Virus record (IMG/VR): IMGVR_UViG_2824233761_000002 | Location: 7,054 to 71,053 of that record | Length of the DNA stretch: 64,000 nucleotides | Source of the DNA: a virus | Taxonomy: Duplodnaviria > Caudoviricetes | Direction: 5' to 3' (one strand) | Notes under the pieces: generated by a model | What the model was told of the DNA's origin: nothing | Seen by the model: only the letters and a program-made list of their open reading frames with translations | Databases searched by the model: none | Position numbers and translations under genes: made by a program | Shown: in pieces, positions 56,691 to 64,000 of the stretch | How positions within the stretch are numbered: the first letter of the stretch is position 1 | How the letters are laid out: each line of letters opens with the position of its first letter

Positions 56691-57053
56691 ATGCAGGGAC
56701 GACGCCTGCCGGACACCGTGCTCAGCGAGCTCCCGGTCGACTACGACGACCTGCAGCCCGGCGACTACTGGAAGGTCATGTCCCGCAAGGACCCCGCTGT
56801 GCCATTGACGCCCGACGTGCTCAAGCACGGGACCAGTCCGGAGAACGGGAATCTGACCAACACCGTCTGGGGGATCGTCACGCCGTTGGGCCAGTACGCC
56901 ATGCTCAGCATCCACACCGTGCGCGAGCACGAGGACGGCACGATCAGCATCCGCCCGGGCGACGGCAGCTCCAACAGCGTTCTCGTTCGGGGCGGACCGC
57001 ACGGGCTGTCCTGGCACGGCTACGTCGACCACGGCGTCTGGGAGCCCTGCTGA
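56691..57053 (+). CDS. Hypothetical protein (DUF6527-like motif)
   Basis: RBS AGGAGG; HTVREHEDGTISI...SVLV...WHGYVDHGVW. Confidence 0.6.
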   Translation: MQGRRLPDTVLSELPVDYDDLQPGDYWKVMSRKDPAVPLTPDVLKHGTSPENGNLTNTVWGIVTPLGQYAMLSIHTVREHEDGTISIRPGDGSSNSVLVRGGPHGLSWHGYVDHGVWEPC

Positions 57054-57757
57054 TGGCCGCCCACACGGTTCGCCGTCGCGGCACCGACTCCAGTGGCCGC
57101 GGCATCTACGCCAGCGACTACATGTGGTCGTGGTGGCAGCAGGTCCTCGCCGACCCCGCCGTAGCTCCATTCGCGCACCTGATCGTCATCACCCAGGGCG
57201 CATGGATGACCGTCGCGGGCGGCGGCGCTCGGGCCAGCGCCGGCTACCACGACGGCGGCGGGTGCTTCGACCTTCGCGTCTGGAATCTGACCTCCCGCCA
57301 GGTGGTCACGCTGGTATGGGCGATCCGCCGACACGGCGGCGGCGCCTGGCTGCGGAACCTCGCTCACGGCGGGTTCACGGACCCGCACATCCATCTGGTG
57401 CTCGGCACCGACTACGACCTCGACTCCGGCGCCGCGTGGCAGTGGTCGGAGTACATCGCCGGCCGTAACGGCCTCGCGTCCAGCGGCCGCGACTACCACC
57501 GCCGCCCGAACCCGCTCATCACGACCCCACCGGAGGACGACATGGCCAACGCCGACGAGGTACTCGCAGCCGTCGAGAAGCTGACGAAGCGCGTCGACCG
57601 GATGGGGAAGAACACCGCGGCCCGCGACCGCCGCATCCGGGACATGCTCCTCAGCCGCATCGACCAGTACGGCGAGAAGGGCGCGACCGCCGCACAGCTG
57701 AAGCGCCTGCGCGCCGACGTCGCTCTGGCGCTCGCTGACGAGGACAACGAGGCCTGA
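57053..57757 (+). CDS. Endolysin, M15/LAS-type zinc peptidase
   Basis: ITQG, SAGYHDGGGCFD (H-x6-D), PHIH (HxH). Confidence 0.8.
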   Translation: MAAHTVRRRGTDSSGRGIYASDYMWSWWQQVLADPAVAPFAHLIVITQGAWMTVAGGGARASAGYHDGGGCFDLRVWNLTSRQVVTLVWAIRRHGGGAWLRNLAHGGFTDPHIHLVLGTDYDLDSGAAWQWSEYIAGRNGLASSGRDYHRRPNPLITTPPEDDMANADEVLAAVEKLTKRVDRMGKNTAARDRRIRDMLLSRIDQYGEKGATAAQLKRLRADVALALADEDNEA

Positions 57758-57762
57758 CCGCC

Positions 57763-58548
57763 GTGCTCGTCGCGCCGCTCCGCAAGTCCCGCCGAGCGGC
57801 GCACCGGGCTGCCCACTGGGCCGACCTGCGCGCGGTCCACCTCTCCGGCCGCTACGACCGCTCCCCCGAGTCGTTGCGCGAGCAGCTCGAGGCCGCGGCA
57901 CGGCGCGCGGACGTCATCACCGTCACCGAGGTCGACCGGCCCCAGCGCGGCGACGTGCTCCGGGGACTGGCCGGGTTCCGGCTGCTGCGCCGCGGCAACG
58001 GCCAGCGGGGCGAGTCCGCGATCCTGGTCCGCACCGCGGTGTGGGAGGTCGTCGCCTGGGACGCGGTCATGCTCGTCAAGGATCTCGACGGGCAGCGCGG
58101 TGGCCAGGTCGCGCCGATCGCGCTGCTGCGGCACCGCGCCACCGGCTGCACGCTGCTGGTCTCGACCACGCACACCTCCGCCGGCGTCGAGGCCGGTTGG
58201 GCCGCGTCCGCTCGGGCGCGGGAGCACCGCGATGCCGTCGCAGTGTGGCGGCACACCGTGCTGGCCTGGCGCCGCCGGTACCGGCCGGACGGCGAGCTGG
58301 TCGTCGCGGACTGGAACCTCGACGCGCTCCGGCCGTGGGTCCGCGCCTGGATCCGCTCGGCGTGGCCGGGCCTGACGCTCCCGAAGCGGCTCCCGAAGAA
58401 GGGGACGCACGGGCGCCGGCTCATCGACTGGTGCCTCACCCGCCGCATCCACCGGCCCCGGATCCGGGTCATGGCCCTCACGCCCGCCTCGGACCACCGC
58501 GGCATCCACATCACCGGCACCATCCGACCCCGCAAGGAGCACCGATGA
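57763..58548 (+). CDS. Endonuclease/exonuclease/phosphatase (EEP) family protein
   Basis: ITVTEV, VSTTH, VADWN, LIDW, ASDH motifs. Confidence 0.75.
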   Translation: MLVAPLRKSRRAAHRAAHWADLRAVHLSGRYDRSPESLREQLEAAARRADVITVTEVDRPQRGDVLRGLAGFRLLRRGNGQRGESAILVRTAVWEVVAWDAVMLVKDLDGQRGGQVAPIALLRHRATGCTLLVSTTHTSAGVEAGWAASARAREHRDAVAVWRHTVLAWRRRYRPDGELVVADWNLDALRPWVRAWIRSAWPGLTLPKRLPKKGTHGRRLIDWCLTRRIHRPRIRVMALTPASDHRGIHITGTIRPRKEHR

Positions 58549-58745
58549 ACCTCTCCACCATCCGCAAGTCCCTCGTCGCCGCCGGCGGCTCCGCGTTGTT
58601 CGCTGGCGTGGCCGGCCTGGCCGCCGGCATGTCCGACGGCACCCTCACCGGCGCCGAGACCGTGATCGCCGGCGGGCTCGCGCTCGGCGCGTTCGCCGCC
58701 GTGGGCCGGGCGACCTGGCGCGTCTCCAACGCCGACGCCGAGTAG
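58545..58745 (+). CDS. Holin
   Basis: 66 aa, two TMs, IRKSLVAA start, TWRVSN end. Confidence 0.75.
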   Translation: MNLSTIRKSLVAAGGSALFAGVAGLAAGMSDGTLTGAETVIAGGLALGAFAAVGRATWRVSNADAE

Positions 58746-58749
58746 CGCC

Positions 58750-58851
58750 GTGTCCCGCCGTCGTCGTCGTTGGCTGCTGGTCGCGGCGTACGCCGCCGCG
58801 GCCTGGCCGCTCGTCGACTACCTCCGCTGGCACCGCGCCCGCCGCCCCTGA
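58750..58851 (+). CDS. 33-aa basic single-TM peptide
   Basis: MSRRRRRWLLVAAYAAAAWPLVDYLRWHRARRP. Confidence 0.3.
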   Translation: MSRRRRRWLLVAAYAAAAWPLVDYLRWHRARRP

Positions 58852-58881
58852 CCCCACCCCGCGCTCGTAGGAGGACCCATC

Positions 58882-59262
58882 GTGGCCGGATTCGACGACC
58901 TCATCGCCGCCGGACTGCCGTACCTGGCGACCGAGTACATCACCGCCACGGCCGGCACCAGCTGGACCATCGGTTACGACCTCGAGGACGACGCCGGCGC
59001 GCCGGTGGATCTGACGGCGGGGTTCACGGCGACGTGGAACGTCTACGACAAGGCGGGCGCGGCGAAGCTGTCGACGGGGTTGACGGTGTCGCGGACGGCG
59101 ACGGGTGTGGTGGTCACGGCGACGGCTGCGGCGTCGGCAGGTCTCGCGGCTGGGGCCTACTTCCACGAGCTGCAGATCGTCCGCCCCAGCGACTTGGCGA
59201 CGCTCGTGGTGGTGGGTGCCGGCGACTCCCAGTTCGTGGTGAAGCGGAAAGCGGCCGCGTGA
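58882..59262 (+). CDS. BppU-like tail-fibre adaptor
   Basis: RBS AGGAGG; GTSW...DDAGAPVDLT, YFHELQI. Confidence 0.65.
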   Translation: MAGFDDLIAAGLPYLATEYITATAGTSWTIGYDLEDDAGAPVDLTAGFTATWNVYDKAGAAKLSTGLTVSRTATGVVVTATAAASAGLAAGAYFHELQIVRPSDLATLVVVGAGDSQFVVKRKAAA

Positions 59263-60419
59263 TGGCTGGGTTGCGGGTGAATCGGTCGAGTGGTCGGCCG
59301 CATGTCGTACGCGGTGTGGAGGGGACGCGGGCGACGTTCAGGCCGGTGTCGTTGGCGACGGCGGAGGCGTTGAACGCGGCCGCGGAGGCGGCTCGGGCTG
59401 GTGCTGAGGACGCGCGCGACGAGGCGGAGGCGGCTCGGGATCAGAGTCTGGCGGTGCCGCAGCTGGTCGACGCGAAGGGGGACCTGCTGGTCGGCACAGC
59501 TCCCGACACGGCGGGTCGCCTCCCGGTCGGCGTGAACGGCGCATTCTTGAAGGCCGACTCCACGAAGACGTCTGGCCTGGCATGGGTGGAGGGCGAGACG
59601 ACTCTGGCCACCTATCGGCCCGCTCAGGATCTCAACACTCTCGTCACGCCGGGGTTCTGGACCGTCGACTCCACATCGGCCAACCGTCCCGCTTCGGGGC
59701 TATCAGGCAACGTGCATGTGATGTTCCAGGCGACCTACGTCAGCCAACGATTCGTCGCGGGGCAGCGGTCGTTCTTCCGGTCGAGTGGCGATGGCGGGGC
59801 AACGTGGACGCCATGGATCGAGGAGCGGACATCTGCCGCCCTGCCGGGCAACACCATCACCGGCACTGGCTCCCCCGAGGGCGTCATCACGGCCCCAGTG
59901 GGATCGCGCTACATCGACACCAACGCGACCAACGGCGCGGTCGAGTGGATCAAGGCCACCGGCTCGGGCGCCACTGGCTGGAAGGTCGTCTACGGGGACA
60001 CGGGCTTCAGGTTCTTGTCTCGATGGGACCCCGCCGGTGTGGTGACAGGCTGGCCCCTCTCTCAGTCGTGGGCGCCCGTCCTCGGCGCCACCGGATGGAT
60101 CGCCGCTCAGCGCACCGGTCCCATGGTGCAGATCTGGGTTCGAGCGCTCCGCAAGTTGAACCACACGACGGACCGGGTCCACGCCGATGGCTACAACCTG
60201 CCTCCCGGCATGACGCCCTACCAAGCCACCCCGGTGTTGGCGCAGATCGGCGTTGGCACGGTGATGACGATCAACGTGTCGACGGGAGGCTCGCTTACGC
60301 GGGGCTACGGGAACCAGGGCGCGCCAACAACCGGAGACATCAACCAAGACGTGGCCTGGTCGTACCCGGCGTCGTCCACGGCACCGTGGCCGACCACCCT
60401 TCCCGGCACCGCCGCCTAG
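59262..60419 (+). CDS. Tail fibre / receptor-binding protein with pyocin-knob-like domain
   Basis: DAKGDLLVG, DLNTLVTPGFW...FFRS..GATWTPW, GSPEGVITAPVGSRY, WKVVYGDTG. Confidence 0.75.
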   Translation: MAGLRVNRSSGRPHVVRGVEGTRATFRPVSLATAEALNAAAEAARAGAEDARDEAEAARDQSLAVPQLVDAKGDLLVGTAPDTAGRLPVGVNGAFLKADSTKTSGLAWVEGETTLATYRPAQDLNTLVTPGFWTVDSTSANRPASGLSGNVHVMFQATYVSQRFVAGQRSFFRSSGDGGATWTPWIEERTSAALPGNTITGTGSPEGVITAPVGSRYIDTNATNGAVEWIKATGSGATGWKVVYGDTGFRFLSRWDPAGVVTGWPLSQSWAPVLGATGWIAAQRTGPMVQIWVRALRKLNHTTDRVHADGYNLPPGMTPYQATPVLAQIGVGTVMTINVSTGGSLTRGYGNQGAPTTGDINQDVAWSYPASSTAPWPTTLPGTAA

Positions 60420-60434
60420 ACAGGAGCACCATCC

Positions 60435-60632
60435 ATGGACGACCTCACGACCCTCACCGACAACGACCTCGACCAGCTCCGCATCGACGTCACCAACGAG
60501 CTCGAACGCCGCCAGCGGCTTGCGTCCGCGCCTGCCCAGGTCGCGGACATCGCCCGCCGCTACACCGACGACGGCGGCGACCCCACCGACCTCGCCACCG
60601 CCCTCGAAGGGATCATCACCCCAGCGCCGTAG
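60435..60632 (+). CDS. Small tail-fibre-associated protein
   Basis: RBS AGGAG; follows the fibre gene. Confidence 0.6.
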   Translation: MDDLTTLTDNDLDQLRIDVTNELERRQRLASAPAQVADIARRYTDDGGDPTDLATALEGIITPAP

Positions 60633-60657
60633 CGACGTCACACGGACCCGGACAGAC

Positions 60658-60873
60658 CTACAGCGGGCCTCTCAGCGGGTAGACCCCGTCCAGCGCCCCC
60701 ATCCACGTCGTATGCCGAAACACGCTCCGCCACAGCGCCAGAGCCGCAGCCGCCTCCTCACCGGTCTCGACCCCGAGCTCCTCGCAGAAGCGGGCGAACT
60801 CGGCCAGCGGGTTTCCCCTTGTCGGCCGCGGGCAGTCCGGAGATGGGCCGTCGAGAGTCGCCATGTCGCCCAT
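60658..60873 (-). CDS. Hypothetical protein
   Basis: 71-aa ORF converging on the late operon. Confidence 0.35.
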   Translation of the reverse strand: MGDMATLDGPSPDCPRPTRGNPLAEFARFCEELGVETGEEAAAALALWRSVFRHTTWMGALDGVYPLRGPL

Positions 60874-60952
60874 CGTCGCCCCACAGCGATCCGGGCCAAA
60901 CCGACCCGGCGAAACCCAACCCAGAACTTGTCACCCGCGTGAGCAACAACCC

Positions 60953-60986
60953 CGCCCCGCCACCCAACCCGGGTGGCGGGGCGGCT
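60953..60986. terminator. Hairpin downstream of the multi-HTH gene
   Basis: CCGCCCCGCCACC / GGTGGCGGGGCGG 13-bp stem. Confidence 0.6.
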
Positions 60987-60989
60987 TCG

Positions 60990-62294
60990 TCATGCCCGGC
61001 CGAGGTCGGCGCGCCGCCGACGCACGGTCTGCGCTGAAACCCCGATCGCTCGCCCAGCCGCCGCGGCGTTCAGGTGCGTCGTCTGCTGGATCCCGTCATC
61101 GAGATCCCGGTACCCGGCCTGTCGGGCGGCCTCGTCGAGCTTCGCGACCCGCGCCGCGACCATCCGCCGCACCGCCCGCTCCTGCCCGGGGCGCCGGTTC
61201 GCACGGACGTGCTGCTCGTTGCGGCTGCCCGCGGACGCGTCGATCCCCGGGACGGCCATCTCCCGCAGCCGCTCCGGGCCCTGCCACGGCTTGAGGTGCC
61301 CCAGCTCTCCGGCCGCGTGGCGCTCCCGGCCGATCTCCTGCGACCGCAGCCGGGTCACATCGGCCGCGAGAGCGGCCGTCGCCGGCAGGCCGTGCGCCGC
61401 CCGGTACTCCGCGGCCGTGACGCCGTGGGCCCGGCTCAGGTGTGTCCCCAGGTGCCGGAACCGGCGACCGTCCCCGCACTCCAGGCACGGGATCAGCCCG
61501 TCGCCGTCCGAGACCGTCGACCCGGCCCCGATCCGCGTCGACCTCGCCTCGACGACGCCGGCCGCGGCACGCAGCTCGTCGAGGACCCACAGGTAGACCC
61601 GGCCGCGGCCGTTGCCGGCCGGCCGGTGCGCGACCGGCGTGGGCCACCGCTCGGGGTGTCGATTCATCAGCGTCGCCAGCGACGAGACCGAGTAGCCGAG
61701 CTCGGCCGCCGCCTCGGCACGGGTCACCAGCACCGGCCGCCCACCGGCAACGATCTGGGAGACCCGCGACCGGCTGATCCCGAACTCGCTGGCGATCTCG
61801 CCCCGAGGGACTCCCGCTTGTGCCCGGACGATCACCCACGCAGCCCGCTCGAGGCTCGCCCGCCGCGGCCGCACGGTCGGGGCAGCGGGCGCCGCCGCGT
61901 CCTTCCTCCGCGCGCCCCGCACGCCCAGACGCGACCGCAGGTTCCCCACCGCGCGCTCGCTGCGGCCTGGGAGCCGGAGCGCGACCTGCTCGACCGAGAG
62001 CCGCAGATCCCGCACCAGGCGCAGCTCCTCCTCGCTCCACCGCGGCCTCCGGTCCCGCGGCGGCCCCAGCACCTGGGCCGCCGCCGCGAGCAGCTCGGCG
62101 CGGTCGTAGAGGAACGAGGGCTTCTTCGCGCCGTCGACGCGCTGGCGGGTCACCGGCTTGGGCCATCGGTCCGGGTGCGCCCGCATCGAGACCCGGAACG
62201 CGCCATCGGTGTGGCCGGTCAACTCCGCGGCCTGACGCAACGAGACCAGCGCGGGGCGGTCTTGCTTGCTCTCCCCGTCCTCGGCCGCGCTCAC
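60990..62294 (-). CDS. Multi-HTH protein with MucR/Ros zinc finger
   Basis: Two AAEL(T)G...HP(D/E)RWP repeats; WSEEELRLV; RGEIASEFGISRSRVSQI; CLECG...FRHLGTHLSRAHGVTAAEYRAAHGL. Confidence 0.7.
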   Translation of the reverse strand: MSAAEDGESKQDRPALVSLRQAAELTGHTDGAFRVSMRAHPDRWPKPVTRQRVDGAKKPSFLYDRAELLAAAAQVLGPPRDRRPRWSEEELRLVRDLRLSVEQVALRLPGRSERAVGNLRSRLGVRGARRKDAAAPAAPTVRPRRASLERAAWVIVRAQAGVPRGEIASEFGISRSRVSQIVAGGRPVLVTRAEAAAELGYSVSSLATLMNRHPERWPTPVAHRPAGNGRGRVYLWVLDELRAAAGVVEARSTRIGAGSTVSDGDGLIPCLECGDGRRFRHLGTHLSRAHGVTAAEYRAAHGLPATAALAADVTRLRSQEIGRERHAAGELGHLKPWQGPERLREMAVPGIDASAGSRNEQHVRANRRPGQERAVRRMVAARVAKLDEAARQAGYRDLDDGIQQTTHLNAAAAGRAIGVSAQTVRRRRADLGRA

Positions 62295-62688
62295 GACTCG
62301 TCGGCGTACACCACGCGCAGACCGTCGACCCGCTCGACGATCCGGGCCGCGAGCGCGCGCCACCAGCTCGCCGGCCACCCGTCCCGCTCGCCCTCCCGGG
62401 GGATCACCAGCACCGGCTCCGCCACGTCGAGCAGCCGCGTCGCCCAGGCGTCGACCTGCGCGTCCGCCTGGTCGGTCAAGTCCCCGACCTGCTCGGCCAC
62501 GCCGGCCGGGATCCGGCTCGTTCCCGCCTCCCACCGCCGCACGGTGCGCTCGGCGACACCGAGCCGGGCCGCGACGTGCTCCATCGTGAGCCCGAGGTCC
62601 TCCCGCGCGATCCGGAACTCCGCATCGGTCAGGGCCTCGCTCAACGAGCCGAAGCCCTCGCCCGTGACGGGCGAGGGCTCCCGGGTCA
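62291..62688 (-). CDS. Aca2/YdiL (DUF1870)-like HTH protein (start 62688 or 62644)
   Basis: LTDAEFRIAREDLGLTMEHVAARLGVAERTVRRWEAGTSRIPAGV...WPASWWRALAARI. Confidence 0.65.
62653..62679. other. Perfect 13-bp inverted repeat (RNA stem-loop)
   Basis: AGCCCTCGCCCGT-G-ACGGGCGAGGGCT. Confidence 0.8.
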
Positions 62689-62699
62689 CGCTCGGGTGC

Positions 62700-62861
62700 T
62701 CAGGCACCGAACGTCTCGCGGACGATGGCCTCGTCGTCGGCATCCAGGACGGTGTCCGGGGTGAGGGCGGGCAGGTGCCCCAGGAAACCACAGATGGCGT
62801 TCGCGGTGGCACCGGTGTCGTTGCTGTCCAGCTCGGCGGCCAGGTCGGCGATGGTGATCAT
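62700..62861 (-). CDS. 53-aa acidic protein upstream of the aca2-like gene (Acr / anti-defence candidate)
   Basis: RBS AGGGGA; MITIADLAAELDSNDTG...VLDADDEAIVRETFGA. Confidence 0.6.
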   Translation of the reverse strand: MITIADLAAELDSNDTGATANAICGFLGHLPALTPDTVLDADDEAIVRETFGA

Positions 62862-62915
62862 GATCGTTCCCCTACGGGTCTCGGTCTGGGCCTGTGCCCT
62901 GACCTCGTGACACAC

Positions 62916-62944
62916 ACTGTATGTCCTAAAACCGGACACGGGAA
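62916..62944 (-). promoter_or_regulatory. Promoter with palindromic operator in the spacer
   Basis: TTCCCG-N17-TACAGT; the spacer is TGTCC-N7-GGACA. Confidence 0.6.
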
Positions 62945-63002
62945 GGGGAAGGTCTGAAGTCGCCACCTTCGTCTAGACCGCCCCGGACATAGGCTGCGAC
63001 CC

Positions 63003-63164
63003 GTGAAGCTGCGTAGCATGATCCGGCCCAAGACCGACGTCGACGGCGAGCAGAAGCACACGATCGAGGTCGAGGGCAGCTCCTACGACGACTGCGTCGC
63101 GCAGGTCGACGCCCAGACCCCCGACGGCTGGATCAAGCTCTACGTCATGCCACTCGAGCGCTGA
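63003..63164 (+). CDS. 53-aa hypothetical protein, paralog A
   Basis: TAGGCT 7 nt before GTG; MKLRSMIRP...AQVDAQTPDGW. Confidence 0.6.
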   Translation: MKLRSMIRPKTDVDGEQKHTIEVEGSSYDDCVAQVDAQTPDGWIKLYVMPLER

Positions 63165-63212
63165 CGCCCGCCGAGCGGTTTCGTCACGCCCAATCGGGGG
63201 CATCCGATCCAC

Positions 63213-63422
63213 ATGCCCGACCGTCCACCAGACGACACCACCGTCTGGCTCGACGCCACCACCACCGGCCTCGTGCTCGGCTGGACACCCCAGTACATCC
63301 GGCGCCTCGCCGCCCACGACCGACTCCCCGCCGTCCGCCACGGCCGCTCCTGGTGGCTCCGCCGCGCCGACGTCGAGCGCTACGCCGCCGCCCGCGCGTT
63401 CACCGCACGCCACCGCGCCTGA
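63213..63422 (+). CDS. Excisionase-like (HTH_17) protein
   Basis: WLDATTTGLVLGWTPQYIRRLAAHDRLPAVRHGRSWWLRRADVE. Confidence 0.75.
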   Translation: MPDRPPDDTTVWLDATTTGLVLGWTPQYIRRLAAHDRLPAVRHGRSWWLRRADVERYAAARAFTARHRA

Positions 63423-63457
63423 TCGGCCGGTCGGCGTACCGCCGTAGGCTGCGCCGC

Positions 63458-63625
63458 GTGAGGCTGCACTCCACGATCCGGCCCGACCCGGACACCGGCG
63501 ACCGCCGCGACATCTACACCGACGCACCCACCTGGGAGCAGGCTACCGCCCAGCTCGACGCCCAGCGGCCCGAGGGCTGGCTCGAGATCCACATCACCGT
63601 CATCCCCGGCGAGGCCACGGACTGA
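63458..63625 (+). CDS. 55-aa hypothetical protein, paralog B
   Basis: TAGGCT 7 nt before GTG; MRLHSTIRP...AQLDAQRPEGW. Confidence 0.6.
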   Translation: MRLHSTIRPDPDTGDRRDIYTDAPTWEQATAQLDAQRPEGWLEIHITVIPGEATD

Positions 63626-63676
63626 TGCCTGCCTGCGCCCAGTGGATCGCTACGGCGATGGACTAGGCCGAATCGC

Positions 63677-64000
63677 TCAGACCGAACGCGGCCTCCGGCC
63701 GTCCCGGACCCCCCGATCGTAGTTCTCGATCCCGCCCTCGAACCACGCGTGGGTCGCGAGCTGAACCATCGCGATACCGACGTCCATGCCGGCGTCGATC
63801 GACGCCTTCGCCTTGTGCAGCAGGAACCGCAGCATCGGATCGTCGGGTGCGGGCCACGGCTGCTCGGGCATCCGCGTCTCGCGGGGACTGGGCCAGTCGC
63901 CGCGCTCGGCATCCTGGGCCTGCATCTTCGCGACCGCTGGCTGGACGACCTCCTCCGGTATCGACAGGGAGTCCTCGATCTCGTCCGGCGTGCGGTCCAT
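63677..64000 (-). CDS. Hypothetical protein (may be 5' partial)
   Basis: ORF reaches the window edge. Confidence 0.45.
   Translation of the reverse strand: MDRTPDEIEDSLSIPEEVVQPAVAKMQAQDAERGDWPSPRETRMPEQPWPAPDDPMLRFLLHKAKASIDAGMDVGIAMVQLATHAWFEGGIENYDRGVRDGRRPRSV

Larger units (their letters stand above)
13471..64000. mobile_element. Prophage 2 (siphovirus-like, serine integrase), extends beyond the window
   Basis: Integrase, immunity, replication, packaging, head, tail, lysis and accessory modules in canonical order; left junction in flp; no attR found before 64000. Confidence 0.95.

Noticed and set aside
62916-62938. TGTCCG...TACAGT as a PafBC promoter for the acr candidate
   Set aside because: One mismatch and an 11-nt spacer; better explained as a -35/-10 promoter with a palindromic operator
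1-64000. CRISPR array, rRNA, canonical tRNA, reverse transcriptase/DGR, IS transposase
   Set aside because: No spaced direct-repeat array, cloverleaf, YADD-type RT motif, TR/VR pair or DDE transposase seen by eye; the Cas4-like gene is a solo phage nuclease
62840-64000. attR of prophage 2 / 3' half of the pilin gene
   Set aside because: No pilin hydrophobic-helix coding sequence or inverted match to the attL phage arm found; the junction must lie beyond the window

Overview
High-GC actinobacterial DNA (Nocardioides-like, judged from the tad genes). About 95% of it is two different siphovirus-type prophages sitting in a single host Tad/Flp pilus operon. Positions 1-~10820 are the right arm of prophage 1: protease-capsid fusion, neck, tail, tape measure and a minor tail gene, then an apparent deletion that removed its lysis genes, a sigma-like gene and a small HTH module. 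It abuts a 5'-truncated tadA/cpaF. Positions ~10822-13470 are host DNA: tadA 3' fragment, tadB, tadC and the 5' half of a flp pilin gene. From ~13471 to beyond the window end is a near-complete prophage 2 inserted in the flp gene. It carries a large serine integrase, ImmA-like protease, repressor/cro switch, Cas4-like nuclease, phiC31-gp3-like RDF, helicase with iterons, methylase, terminase, portal, capsid, tail, lysis, tail fibre and an accessory right arm. Main leads: (1) two prophages disrupt one pilus operon; (2) perfect PafBC/RecA-NDp DNA-damage promoters (TGTCGG-N10-TANNNT) precede the ImmA-like antirepressor and an antisense bactofilin-like cassette, suggesting LexA-independent PafBC-driven prophage induction; (3) a MuF head protein fused to a RelA/SpoT-like toxin domain with a candidate immunity gene; (4) an acr-aca2-like operon; (5) phage proteins with Lsr2 and MucR silencer-type domains. 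All family assignments come from motif recognition by eye; no database searches were run.
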